Positions 50,569 through 59,226 of a DNA stretch of 64,000 nt are shown here, piece by piece. Within the stretch, counting starts at the first letter, position 1, and the number at the start of each line of letters is the position of its first letter. This DNA is from a virus. Taxonomy: Duplodnaviria > Caudoviricetes. The stretch covers positions 11,469 through 75,468 of the IMG/VR virus record IMGVR_UViG_3300005758_000017; one strand, written 5' to 3'. The translations under genes were made by a program, and so were the position numbers. Below the pieces are notes generated by a model. The model saw nothing but the letters and a program-made list of their open reading frames with translations. It ran no database searches and was not told the origin of the DNA.

Positions 50569-51669
50569 TTACTCGTCTGTGAGCAAGTTAGCATAGCGTT
50601 TGAAGAACTCTGGGAAGTTGGTCATCTTCTTGCGATCAAACACAACCTTATAGTTCTTCAACACGGTGTGAGCACCCATGATAACCATTTCGGGTTCGAA
50701 ATTAGCCATCATAAAACCCAACCAGTTGTCTGCACTCTTGTTGAACTCGTCCAACTTACCAGTACGCTTGCCTTCTTCGTAGCGAGTACGGAGTTCATAG
50801 CACAGGCTGGTAACCAGAGCGTATGCGGCAGACACTTCCTTAGACTTGAAAGTGGTAACTTTGCCAGACAACACATCTGCAGGGTCGGGCAAGTCTGCGG
50901 CGTGCTTACGATGCGCCATAAACTTAATAGCCATACCCTCACCAACCAAGCCAGACACCATATCGGTGTTAGCAGAGTCAGGCATGTCGTCATCCAACAT
51001 GTCGCTTACGAAGCTCCAGGTACGCGGAGTAGCAAAAGCGCGGTCATGTTGCGTAGGATCAAAGTTGTACAGGTCACCTTTGAACTGCTTCAAGAAGCCT
51101 ACCACGTGCGGATGCACCTGGTTCATAATAGCCCATTGTTCCCAGTCTTCAAAGTCCACACGGATTTCCAAGTGCATGAAGCGGTTAGCCAACGGACTAG
51201 GCATACGATAGGTAACACCCTTATCGCCCATACGGTTACCTGCGGCAATCAGTGCCACGTTGTCAGGCAAAGTATACTGACCCACCTTGCGGTTAAGAAT
51301 CAGCTGGTAAGCCGCGGCTTGAACAGCGGGAGGAGCAGAGTTCAGTTCGTCCAAGAACAAGAACACTACATCATGTTCCTTAGCAAATTCTGCGGTAGGC
51401 AGTTCTGAAGGGGTAGCCCACTTCATAGTGTTATCGCCGGCGCTGTAATAAGGCACGCCTTTAATGTCAGTAGGGTCCATAAGCGCCATACGCAAATCGA
51501 TAACTGCGGAGTTCGGGAACTCGCTGGCAACTTGGTTCACCATGTCAGACTTGCCAACACCGGGAGGACCCCAAATAAAGAGAGGACGGCGCTTTGCAAC
51601 GGCACGTCGGAGAATAGGTTTGCACTCGCTAATCTTTACGGTGCGGGTTTCGACAGTATTTTTTCCCAT
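50569..51669 (-). CDS. MoxR-family AAA+ ATPase
   Basis: Walker A GPPGVGKS, Walker B LFLDELN, AAGNR, PLANRF and ATPRTW. Confidence 0.9.
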   Translation of the reverse strand: MGKNTVETRTVKISECKPILRRAVAKRRPLFIWGPPGVGKSDMVNQVASEFPNSAVIDLRMALMDPTDIKGVPYYSAGDNTMKWATPSELPTAEFAKEHDVVFLFLDELNSAPPAVQAAAYQLILNRKVGQYTLPDNVALIAAGNRMGDKGVTYRMPSPLANRFMHLEIRVDFEDWEQWAIMNQVHPHVVGFLKQFKGDLYNFDPTQHDRAFATPRTWSFVSDMLDDDMPDSANTDMVSGLVGEGMAIKFMAHRKHAADLPDPADVLSGKVTTFKSKEVSAAYALVTSLCYELRTRYEEGKRTGKLDEFNKSADNWLGFMMANFEPEMVIMGAHTVLKNYKVVFDRKKMTNFPEFFKRYANLLTDE

Positions 51670-51705
51670 GGTGGCTCCTACTAAGGGTTTGGTTGATAAA
51701 AACTT

Positions 51706-51734
51706 ATTATAGCATAGGGTGAGGCATCTGTCAA
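51706..51734 (-). promoter_or_regulatory. sigma70 early promoter
   Basis: TTGACA-17 nt-TATAAT (perfect consensus). Confidence 0.9.
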
Positions 51735-51752
51735 TACCTCACCCCGTTGTAT

Positions 51753-52121
51753 TTAGGCAACAGCCTCGGTAACTTCAGCAGGCTTGACCTGAGCGACAAA
51801 TTCGCTAGCATCAATCTGCTCCTTGGTCATCGGGCTAGGAAGCTCAACGAACTTGACATTAGTGCAACCTGCACGGACAAGGGTACGAGTACGGCGCTTG
51901 TCGTTGGTGTAGCGAAGTGCGCCACGGCCCTTTTTATCGACAGCATAGCCGACAAAAGTAAAAGTCTCGCCAGCGGCAACTTCTGCGATAGCGGCTTCAA
52001 CAACGGCGGGTGCCACAACAGGCGCGGCAACTACCATTTCCATGACACCAGCGGCTTTGGCACGAGCACGAGCCTCACGCTTACGGATGGCATCGGGGGT
52101 TTGCGAAAGAACTTTAGACAT
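51753..52121 (-). CDS. Early hypothetical protein (basic N-terminus, Ala/Val linker)
   Basis: GGAG RBS before MSKVLSQ at 52121. The longer start in the ORF track overlaps a promoter and another ORF. Confidence 0.7.
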   Translation of the reverse strand: MSKVLSQTPDAIRKREARARAKAAGVMEMVVAAPVVAPAVVEAAIAEVAAGETFTFVGYAVDKKGRGALRYTNDKRRTRTLVRAGCTNVKFVELPSPMTKEQIDASEFVAQVKPAEVTEAVA

Positions 52122-52179
52122 AAAAACTCCAATTTGTGTGTTGAGTGTGTTTATTGCAGAACCGTTCCGCAATAGTGTT

Positions 52180-52208
52180 ACTATACTACAGACCCAGATC
52201 CTTGTCAA
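52180..52208 (-). promoter_or_regulatory. sigma70 early promoter
   Basis: TTGACA-17 nt-TATAGT. Confidence 0.8.
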
Positions 52209-52350
52209 CCTCTTTCTGGTTCTTAGCGTGTCGTTTATATGCAACACGACTCTTCTCAACACGGCCCTTAAAAGGGGTGTCAGCAGAGTACAGTTCCACA
52301 CAACGGCGCTTAGGACGCTGAAGTTTGATTGTGATAGTAGTCCGTTTCAT
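52186..52350 (-). CDS. 54-aa basic protein resembling ribosome-rescue factor ArfA (below ORF-track cutoff)
   Basis: MKRTTITIKLQRPKRRCVELYSADTPFKGRVEKSRVAYKRHAKNQKEVDKDLGL. PFKGRVEK...YKRHAK resembles ArfA PLFRQRVEK...YMRKGKH. It has its own promoter. Confidence 0.55.
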   Translation of the reverse strand: MKRTTITIKLQRPKRRCVELYSADTPFKGRVEKSRVAYKRHAKNQKEVDKDLGL

Positions 52351-52359
52351 AGTGTATGT

Positions 52360-52388
52360 ATTATACCGCTTTTTGAGCCTGCGGTCAA
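52360..52388 (-). promoter_or_regulatory. sigma70 early promoter
   Basis: TTGACC-17 nt-TATAAT, 9 nt before the ATG at 52350. Confidence 0.85.
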
Positions 52389-52477
52389 CCGGTTTTTGAA
52401 GTTTTTTGGCTCTTTTTTAGCCCAAAAAGTGTTGTTTTTTAACAACATTGCTTAAAAAATAGACAAATTAGTACTTT

Positions 52478-52906
52478 TTAGTACTTTGCTAGGTCCCTAG
52501 CATAGCGTAGCACCATGCTCATACGCCTAAAATTGTTGCTTACTTGCTCTAACAGCTCGTCCACAGGCTCGGTAGCTATACTGGCCATACCAAACGCTAT
52601 CTCCCCCATGTTAGAAAAGTAGTTGTGACTTGGCCACTTGGCTTGTTTTATCTGCCAAGCATCAATAAACAAGCATTCTTCGCCTATGTTCCTTAGCTCA
52701 ATGCGTTTGGTAAGCCCTGGAGATTGTTGAGCAACCATCATTCTTATTGCTACAGGTTGTTCCCAGATGTCTGTTTTTTCAAAAGTTCTAGCTACCGTAT
52801 GTACTAGGTACGATTCTAAATCTGGTTGAAGGTAAGTTTTGCTTATGCCCTGCGCTTCGCAAACCAACTCCCAACCTGCCTTGACATACGGTTGCCAGTT
52901 CTTCAT
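52478..52906 (-). CDS. Hypothetical protein
   Basis: 142 aa ORF starting 5 nt after TAAATA (52912-52917). Confidence 0.7.
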   Translation of the reverse strand: MKNWQPYVKAGWELVCEAQGISKTYLQPDLESYLVHTVARTFEKTDIWEQPVAIRMMVAQQSPGLTKRIELRNIGEECLFIDAWQIKQAKWPSHNYFSNMGEIAFGMASIATEPVDELLEQVSNNFRRMSMVLRYARDLAKY

Positions 52907-52930
52907 GCAAATATTTATTATAAGTATTCA

Positions 52931-54067
52931 ATGAACACCAATTTAATACTTAAAAACACTTTAGCTGGCATAACAACCAGCCTTGCTATGGTACCCGAGG
53001 TAGTTGCGTTTGCACTATTGGCCCATGTTAATCCATTGGTAGGCTTATATGCTGCCTTCATTCTTGGATTAGTAACTGCTTTGTTTGGTGGAAGGCCCGG
53101 GCTTATTAGCGGCGGCGCAGGAAGTCTAGCAGTAGTGTCAGTTGCACTAGTTGTAACACATGGTGTTCAGTATCTGTTTGCTTGTATTATTCTAATGGGT
53201 CTAATTCAAGTTGCATTTGGTGCTTTTAAACTTGGTAAGTTGATTAAATTGGTTAGTCCTGCTGTAATGACTGGCTTTGTAAATGGACTTGCTCTTGTTA
53301 TCTTTACTGCACAGTTTCATCAGTTACCAGAAGCAGGAATTCCATTGTACACTATGATTGGACTGATTGGGTTGACGATTGTTGCAGTAGTTACTGCGCC
53401 AAAGATTACTAAACATATTCCTGCTAGTTTGTTTGGTATAGGATTGACTACTGCGGTTGTATTGTTATTTGGTTTAGACACACGTTTGGTCAAAGATGTT
53501 GCTGAAGTATCTGGTGCATTTCCAACATTTGCATGGCCCGATGTTCCGTGGTCGTTAGATACATTAAAAATTATTGCACCGTATAGCTTTATTTTAGCAG
53601 GCATTGGTTTAATAGAAACATTGCTAACTGCAAACTTGGTTGATAAAACTATTGGAGGCGTTAACCAACCAAATAAAGAAAGTATAGCACAAGGAGCAGG
53701 TAACATACTTACTGGCTTGTTTGGTGGTATGGGAGGATGTGCAATGATCGGACAGACTGTTATTAATTTAGAAGCAGGCGGCCATCAACGTTTAGCTGGA
53801 GTAGTAGAAGCTTTATGCATTTTAGCATATATTCTATTTGCCAGTGTTGTAATTGAAAACATACCCTTGGCGGCACTAGTTGGTGTAATGTGTGTTGTAT
53901 GCTATCACACGTTTGATTGGGCAAGTTTGAGACTGAACCAACCAGATGCTGTAGTAATGTTAATAGTTACTGCCAGTACATTTGCTTTTAACTTGGCCTA
54001 TGCTGTATTCATTGGCATTATTATTACTGCACTAATGCACTATTGGAAAGACGTAAATGTGTCTTAA
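52931..54067 (+). CDS. sulP: SulP/SLC26-family anion permease lacking the STAS domain
   Basis: LAGITTSLAMVPEVVAF, GLYAA, GGRPGLISG, ETLLTA, NKESIAQGAGN and GGCAMIGQTVIN. It ends after the membrane domain. Confidence 0.85.
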   Translation: MNTNLILKNTLAGITTSLAMVPEVVAFALLAHVNPLVGLYAAFILGLVTALFGGRPGLISGGAGSLAVVSVALVVTHGVQYLFACIILMGLIQVAFGAFKLGKLIKLVSPAVMTGFVNGLALVIFTAQFHQLPEAGIPLYTMIGLIGLTIVAVVTAPKITKHIPASLFGIGLTTAVVLLFGLDTRLVKDVAEVSGAFPTFAWPDVPWSLDTLKIIAPYSFILAGIGLIETLLTANLVDKTIGGVNQPNKESIAQGAGNILTGLFGGMGGCAMIGQTVINLEAGGHQRLAGVVEALCILAYILFASVVIENIPLAALVGVMCVVCYHTFDWASLRLNQPDAVVMLIVTASTFAFNLAYAVFIGIIITALMHYWKDVNVS

Positions 54068-54447
54068 CCTCGGCCTTGTGCCTTGCGACTTAGGCCATTT
54101 AACCAAAGAATAATATCATCATTTACAAGACGTATTTCCATGGCATCCTGTTCACCAAAAATGCGGAAGTATCCTGCTCCGTGATAGTAAGGCCAATCTA
54201 GGTGTTGTTCTAAACCTATTAAGTGTCCTGGTTTTGGACTCCAACCAGGTGGCATTTGGTAAGACCAATAGCGGAAATGTGGTTTCATTAATTCCCAACC
54301 AAATATAGTTAAGCGTAGACCTTTTTGCTTACCTGGTTGGTAGTTTTTAAACACCGTGTAAGGTGTTATCTTTGTATTTTCCCAAATATGCGGGATAGGA
54401 TACTGAGCTAGGTACTCAGTTATCTTTAAAGCTAGTTCCTGACTCAT
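54064..54447 (-). CDS. Hypothetical protein
   Basis: Aromatic-rich ORF (GLRLTIFGW, LDWPYY). Start at MSQEL. Confidence 0.65.
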   Translation of the reverse strand: MSQELALKITEYLAQYPIPHIWENTKITPYTVFKNYQPGKQKGLRLTIFGWELMKPHFRYWSYQMPPGWSPKPGHLIGLEQHLDWPYYHGAGYFRIFGEQDAMEIRLVNDDIILWLNGLSRKAQGRG

Positions 54448-54727
54448 TAATTTTGCGACCTTGTTTGAGTTCAACTACACTAAAGTCTGTAGTCTTAAAC
54501 ATTTTATTCAAACGGTCGGACAAGTTGAATGCATGTCCTGGATTGCTAAAGCTAACTTTTTTATATTTTGGTCCTGGATATGAGACCAAACTATTCAGTG
54601 TGCGTAAGTTAATAGGTTTGTCTTTGTAAAATACGGCATAGATTGCATCAGCCGCAAGCACTTCTTCGCTTTTATATGTACGAGGATTTGTGTTAGAAAG
54701 TATAATGGTTGGCTTTGGTCTACTCAT
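54416..54727 (-). CDS. Conserved-type phage hypothetical protein
   Basis: MSRPKPTIIL...YPGPKYKKVSFSNPGHAFNL. Starts 5 nt after TAAATA. Confidence 0.7.
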   Translation of the reverse strand: MSRPKPTIILSNTNPRTYKSEEVLAADAIYAVFYKDKPINLRTLNSLVSYPGPKYKKVSFSNPGHAFNLSDRLNKMFKTTDFSVVELKQGRKINESGTSFKDN

Positions 54728-54765
54728 GCACTTATTTAGCAAAAGTGCGTATTTAATGAATAGAT

Positions 54766-55116
54766 TTAAACGGAGATTCTCGATGAAGATTGTGTGCGTA
54801 ACTTGGTACCGTATAGCACAACACAGCTTACTTCGCTATTTTCTTTGCCTGTTACAACAAGAGTCCAGTCCCTAGTACTACGATTTGCCCAAAATGTCAT
54901 AAACAACACTTCTTCAACTGCACCAGTAGCAATTATTTCTTCGCCGCTTTGAGTTAGAGTTTCAATGACTTCTTTAGTAGGACCGCAAGTCCATTTGGCT
55001 TCTACTGCAACAGCGGCTAAAACAGGGATACATTTTACCAATAAAAATAGTAAAATGCCCCCTATTGCAAGTTTAGTTATAGCTGGCCGCCAGCCATTGA
55101 GTATGTTGTTGAGCAT
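54766..55116 (-). CDS. Putative secreted/membrane-anchored hypothetical protein
   Basis: Hydrophobic N-terminal segment and two Cys-containing motifs. Start uncertain. Confidence 0.5.
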   Translation of the reverse strand: MLNNILNGWRPAITKLAIGGILLFLLVKCIPVLAAVAVEAKWTCGPTKEVIETLTQSGEEIIATGAVEEVLFMTFWANRSTRDWTLVVTGKENSEVSCVVLYGTKLRTQSSSRISV

Positions 55117-56056
55117 TATCTGAAGCCTTTTGTAATTGGTACTTACCACAAAACTTCATAAAATGCGGTCCTACGCTGGGATTACGCTCTTTCTGTACAG
55201 CTTCGGCAATAGTTTGATCTAGGATAGCTTTGATGTGATCTGGCTGAGCAGTTAGATCAATAATAGCCTTATTACGCTCATAGTCATCTCGAACTAAGTG
55301 CTCGGTGCCTTCATGGTCAGTCCAACGCTGGAGCATGAGATTGTTCCACATGAATCCTTTGTTGTCACGGTCTGCAAATGCTTCACGGAGACCAACCTTA
55401 TTCTTTGTCCCTTTCTCACGTACTCCTGGATAAGCACTAAAGATGTTGTCGGAGGTGTCACCACGCATACACTTCTCAAAGAGTAGCCATTGTGGGTCTG
55501 GCGCGGCTTTGACTTCATTAGTTTTCTTATCTTTGATAGGCTTACCTTTGTCATCAAAGTATCCTTCGTGAGTTGTTAGCACACCAGTGATACCATTAAA
55601 CAATTGAACGTTAGGTGCGATCAGTTGTTCAAAGTCAGTATCGCTTGATACGATTACATGGTTGTCATTTTTGTGTAATTGGATCCAACGAGCAATAAAG
55701 TCGTCGGCTTCGCATACAGGATTACGTAGTACGGTTACATTAGTCTTGGTGCTAATGTATTCGTAAAATTTGTCAAAGCCTTCCCAGAAGAGTTTTTCTT
55801 CTTCGGCTTCTTTAGGAGAATGGGCCGCCCTGGCTTCAGCACGTTGAGCCTTGTAAGGAGGATATACATCCTTACGCCAGCTTCGTCCCTCAAAGCAGAA
55901 TACAACATGCTTACCCTGTCGGGCACGCCATTCCCGTAGAATAGAAGCAAGGATAATATGGTAGCTCATAGCTACACGCTCTTCAGGATCACCATTACGG
56001 ATCACATGTCGGGCACGGAAGAAAAGATTTGCGGCGTCAACGATTAGATAGCTCAT
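55073..56056 (-). CDS. rnh: T4 RNase H-like 5'-3' exonuclease (FEN family)
   Basis: LIVDAANLFFR, FEGRSWRKDVYPPYK, EADDFIA, SSDTDFEQL and GDTSDNI motifs. Confidence 0.9.
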   Translation of the reverse strand: MSYLIVDAANLFFRARHVIRNGDPEERVAMSYHIILASILREWRARQGKHVVFCFEGRSWRKDVYPPYKAQRAEARAAHSPKEAEEEKLFWEGFDKFYEYISTKTNVTVLRNPVCEADDFIARWIQLHKNDNHVIVSSDTDFEQLIAPNVQLFNGITGVLTTHEGYFDDKGKPIKDKKTNEVKAAPDPQWLLFEKCMRGDTSDNIFSAYPGVREKGTKNKVGLREAFADRDNKGFMWNNLMLQRWTDHEGTEHLVRDDYERNKAIIDLTAQPDHIKAILDQTIAEAVQKERNPSVGPHFMKFCGKYQLQKASDNAQQHTQWLAASYN

Positions 56057-56062
56057 GTGTGT

Positions 56063-56091
56063 ATTATAGCAAGAGCTATACTAGATGTCAA
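56063..56091 (-). promoter_or_regulatory. sigma70 promoter, probably leaderless
   Basis: TTGACA-17 nt-TATAAT ending 6 nt before the ATG at 56056. Confidence 0.85.
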
Positions 56092-56411
56092 TCTTGATTT
56101 TTAGTTTTGTTGTTAGTTGCTACACGGCCCGCATCCGCAATGAATGAGCCTTCTGCCATACCGTCCATCCCAACATTGCGACACAGTTCGGTGAACCATT
56201 TATCTACAATTTCTTCTGGAGAGTAACCAGTGTATCCGTTTTCACGTAAGAATATTACAAATGCAGGGTTCCATTCGAGTTCAAAGTATCCTTGCTTTGG
56301 ATTGGCAGGATCAACATGGGCCGCAACAACGTTGACCCATGGCTCGGAACTATTTTTCATTGACTTTGCAGTCGGTTTCTTCTTAAAAAGTTTTTTGATA
56401 AAGTCAAACAT
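56088..56411 (-). CDS. Conserved-type hypothetical protein
   Basis: EPWVNVV...GYFELEWN..F...L...GY...EEIVDKWF. Start at MFDF. Confidence 0.7.
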   Translation of the reverse strand: MFDFIKKLFKKKPTAKSMKNSSEPWVNVVAAHVDPANPKQGYFELEWNPAFVIFLRENGYTGYSPEEIVDKWFTELCRNVGMDGMAEGSFIADAGRVATNNKTKNQD

Positions 56412-56412
56412 T

Positions 56413-56601
56413 TCAAACACTCCGTCCAAATACATCTTCTTCTCTTATTTTAATTTGACTGAGTGTATTTTCTCTCCACTCATTTGATTCGCTATACCAC
56501 TTGTCTTTTTCTTCACTAGTTCTAAAGCAACCAATGCAAAAGTCGTTGTCATCTTGTACGCAAATACCCTGACACGGGTTAGTATTATTTGCGTGTTCCA
56601 T
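56413..56601 (-). CDS. DUF1289-like small Cys protein
   Basis: NPCQGICVQDDNDFCIGCFRTSEE..W. Confidence 0.7.
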   Translation of the reverse strand: MEHANNTNPCQGICVQDDNDFCIGCFRTSEEKDKWYSESNEWRENTLSQIKIREEDVFGRSV

Positions 56602-56605
56602 ATCA

Positions 56606-56866
56606 TTAACCTTGTCTGTCATAATAATCGTGTTGGTTTTCGTCAATAAATGTAGGGGTTACCTTGGGTAATAGCAGAGCCGCAACTCTTTTACGCAAGG
56701 CAATATTTTCTGGTTTCTTTTTAATGGGTATCAAAGGCTTTGGATCATACCCTTGGTACCTTAAAGATTGTACTTCGTGACTTAATCCGCAGGTATCACA
56801 TGCCTTTCCCAATGGAAGGTTAGTATAACTGTCATTGATGCCGCAAAGATGTGACCAGGTGCTCAT
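56606..56866 (-). CDS. Hypothetical protein (possible Zn-binding)
   Basis: HLC and CDTC motifs. ATG 5 nt after a TATATA box. Confidence 0.55.
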   Translation of the reverse strand: MSTWSHLCGINDSYTNLPLGKACDTCGLSHEVQSLRYQGYDPKPLIPIKKKPENIALRKRVAALLLPKVTPTFIDENQHDYYDRQG

Positions 56867-56881
56867 GTTGCTATATATCAG

Positions 56882-57235
56882 TTAAGTGGATTTTTTGTTA
56901 CTCTTACGAGCTTCGACAAATTTTTTAGATTGTTCAACTGCTACTTTTAGAGTTTCCCCGTAGTTAAGAGCTTGTTGCTCATTCATGATAATGTTAGCTT
57001 CGTACTCAACGTACCCTTTAGTTAGAAGTGTCCAGATTTTCTTCCATCGACTTAGTTCCCACCAGCGGCTTTTTGCAGTAGTATAGATAGTTACAGAAAC
57101 ATTACCGTCATCGGCTTCTACCCATACATTATGATCATGATTATGGTCACCGCACTCACAAGTGACCGTATATGTCATAGCATCGCCATAATCCCTATTA
57201 AGCAAAATGCCTTGTGCTGGTTTTTGAGCTTCCAT
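56882..57235 (-). CDS. Hypothetical protein
   Basis: CECGDHNHDH motif and AGGA RBS. Confidence 0.65.
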   Translation of the reverse strand: MEAQKPAQGILLNRDYGDAMTYTVTCECGDHNHDHNVWVEADDGNVSVTIYTTAKSRWWELSRWKKIWTLLTKGYVEYEANIIMNEQQALNYGETLKVAVEQSKKFVEARKSNKKST

Positions 57236-57244
57236 TATTTTTCC

Positions 57245-58348
57245 TTAAAATAGATCCAAGTTTTCCCAAGGTAAACCAGGTTTACCAAAATGTCCATAAT
57301 TTGTTGTAGAACTATAGATAGGCCTAAACAAGTCAAAACGATCAATAATACCTTTTGGTGTTAAGTCCACTACTCGCGGAATAAGCATAGTTAAGTCTCT
57401 TGCCAATGCCTTATCTTCACATTCTACATAAAAGCTCATAGGCTCTGCCATACCAATAGCATAACTGATCTGGCATGTAGCCCAATTTGCTCGTCCGCTT
57501 GCTACAATGTTCTTGGCAATATAACGCATCATGTACGCCGCCGATCGGTCAACTTTTGTAGGATCTTTACCACTAAATGCACCACCACCATGGGGACTAT
57601 AACCACCATAAGTATCAACAATGATCTTTCTTCCGGTGAGTCCAGTGTCACCATCAGGACCGCCAATAACAAAACGACCAGTAGGATTAATATAAAACTC
57701 TGTGTTATCATCAAGGTATTCTAAAGGTAAAATATTTCTGATAACTTCTTTTACTAAGTTTCGGACATTAGTTATATCAATTGCTTCGCTGTGCTGTGTA
57801 CTACAAACTACCTTGGCAATGCGCTTTGGAGTTCCATCGTCGTTATACTCAAATGTTACTTGGCTCTTAGCATCTGGCCCTAACCATTCAAACTGCCGAC
57901 CTAGCTTACGAAGTCTTGCCAGTTCCTCGACAATGCGATGACTCCAATAAATTGCACTAGGCATATAATTGTCAGTTTCATTGCAAGCATAACCAAACAT
58001 TAAGCCTTGATCACCTGCACCAAAGTTGTCTGTACCTAGTGCAATATCTGCACTTTGCCCATGTAACTCGTTGTAGATTTTAACTGTACGCCAATCAAAG
58101 CCTGGTTGTTCGTAACCAATGTGTTTTATTGTTTCACGAATAACATCGATAACTTCTTGCTTTTCAAGTACACCCTTGTATTCTCCGGCAACAGTGACCA
58201 TGTTGGTTGTGACTAATGTTTCGCAGGCACATCGCATCGATGGATCTTTACTAGCCATTACTAAGTCTAGAATAGCATCACTAATAGCGTCTGCTACTTT
58301 ATCTGGGTGTCCTTCTGACACGCTTTCACTTGTAAACAAATAACTCAT
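57245..58348 (-). CDS. metK: S-adenosylmethionine synthetase
   Basis: FTSESVSEGHPDKVADAISD, GAGDQGLMFGYA, GGPDGDTGLTGRKIIVDTYGG and GKDPTKVDRS. Confidence 0.97.
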   Translation of the reverse strand: MSYLFTSESVSEGHPDKVADAISDAILDLVMASKDPSMRCACETLVTTNMVTVAGEYKGVLEKQEVIDVIRETIKHIGYEQPGFDWRTVKIYNELHGQSADIALGTDNFGAGDQGLMFGYACNETDNYMPSAIYWSHRIVEELARLRKLGRQFEWLGPDAKSQVTFEYNDDGTPKRIAKVVCSTQHSEAIDITNVRNLVKEVIRNILPLEYLDDNTEFYINPTGRFVIGGPDGDTGLTGRKIIVDTYGGYSPHGGGAFSGKDPTKVDRSAAYMMRYIAKNIVASGRANWATCQISYAIGMAEPMSFYVECEDKALARDLTMLIPRVVDLTPKGIIDRFDLFRPIYSSTTNYGHFGKPGLPWENLDLF

Positions 58349-58356
58349 GTAATCCT

Positions 58357-59226
58357 TTATTTTCCCCAACCATTTGACCAGATGTCAACATGTAGTCTAG
58401 GGCTGTAGCGATAGCCTCTTGCTAACGCTTCATCAGCAATATGCCGTGTATTTGAGAAATAGGCTTTATCTGTACCACCAACTGGCATTACATAAACCTG
58501 ACCACCAAATCCAGCCGCACGATACTCGCTTACTGCTTGATCAACTTCATTAAAATCTAAAATGTTATCAATAACAAATTTTAGATATGTATGTCCTAGG
58601 GTTTGATATTCTACAACAACATCTGGCTTGATAGCATCGCTCCACTTTTCACCTGACGCACTAAGTTTAGGGCTAACACTAAACGTCAAATAGTCACGGT
58701 CTCTACCAAACCGAGTCCATTCCTCAAACAAGTATTGATGAAAGTTATCATGTAACGTTTGAGTTCCGTTAGTTTCAAACGTTAAGTTTTCTAAGTCTGC
58801 CATGCGTGGGTTACTTAACAATGCAGGGTAAAGCATTTGCCAACCTAGCAACGGCTCGCCACCTGTGATAACAAGATGAACATCATTACCGTTCTTTTGA
58901 AGCCATTGATTATTAGGAGTAAGAGCAAGCATAGCATCAATGCTTTGTTCTACGCTATAGTTTGGGCTAAGATGTTTAAATGCAGGATGCCACGATGCAT
59001 AGCTGTCACAACCTGTTTGTGCAAGCGGCAAGTCGTTAAAAGTTTTATATAGATGGACTTCTTTACCAATAGCATCTGGCTCTGTAGTCTTTTCGCCAGC
59101 AGGCAATCCAAACCCAGGACATTTAAAGTTACAGCCAAATGTTCTAAAGAACACACTAGGAACACCAACAAAGCGTCCTTCGCCTTGTGCGCTATAAAAT
59201 ATTTCGCTTACTTTAAATTCATTCAT
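58357..59226 (-). CDS. queE: 7-carboxy-7-deazaguanine synthase-like radical SAM protein
   Basis: SEIFYSAQGEG...G.P.VF.RTFGCNFKC, CDS, ITGGEPLL, FETNGT, SPKL and RLHVDIW. Confidence 0.85.
   Translation of the reverse strand: MNEFKVSEIFYSAQGEGRFVGVPSVFFRTFGCNFKCPGFGLPAGEKTTEPDAIGKEVHLYKTFNDLPLAQTGCDSYASWHPAFKHLSPNYSVEQSIDAMLALTPNNQWLQKNGNDVHLVITGGEPLLGWQMLYPALLSNPRMADLENLTFETNGTQTLHDNFHQYLFEEWTRFGRDRDYLTFSVSPKLSASGEKWSDAIKPDVVVEYQTLGHTYLKFVIDNILDFNEVDQAVSEYRAAGFGGQVYVMPVGGTDKAYFSNTRHIADEALARGYRYSPRLHVDIWSNGWGK

Noticed and set aside
52122-52301. Extended N-terminus of ORF 51753-52301 given by the track
   Set aside because: It overlaps a consensus promoter and the ArfA-like ORF. A GGAG RBS supports the start at 52121.
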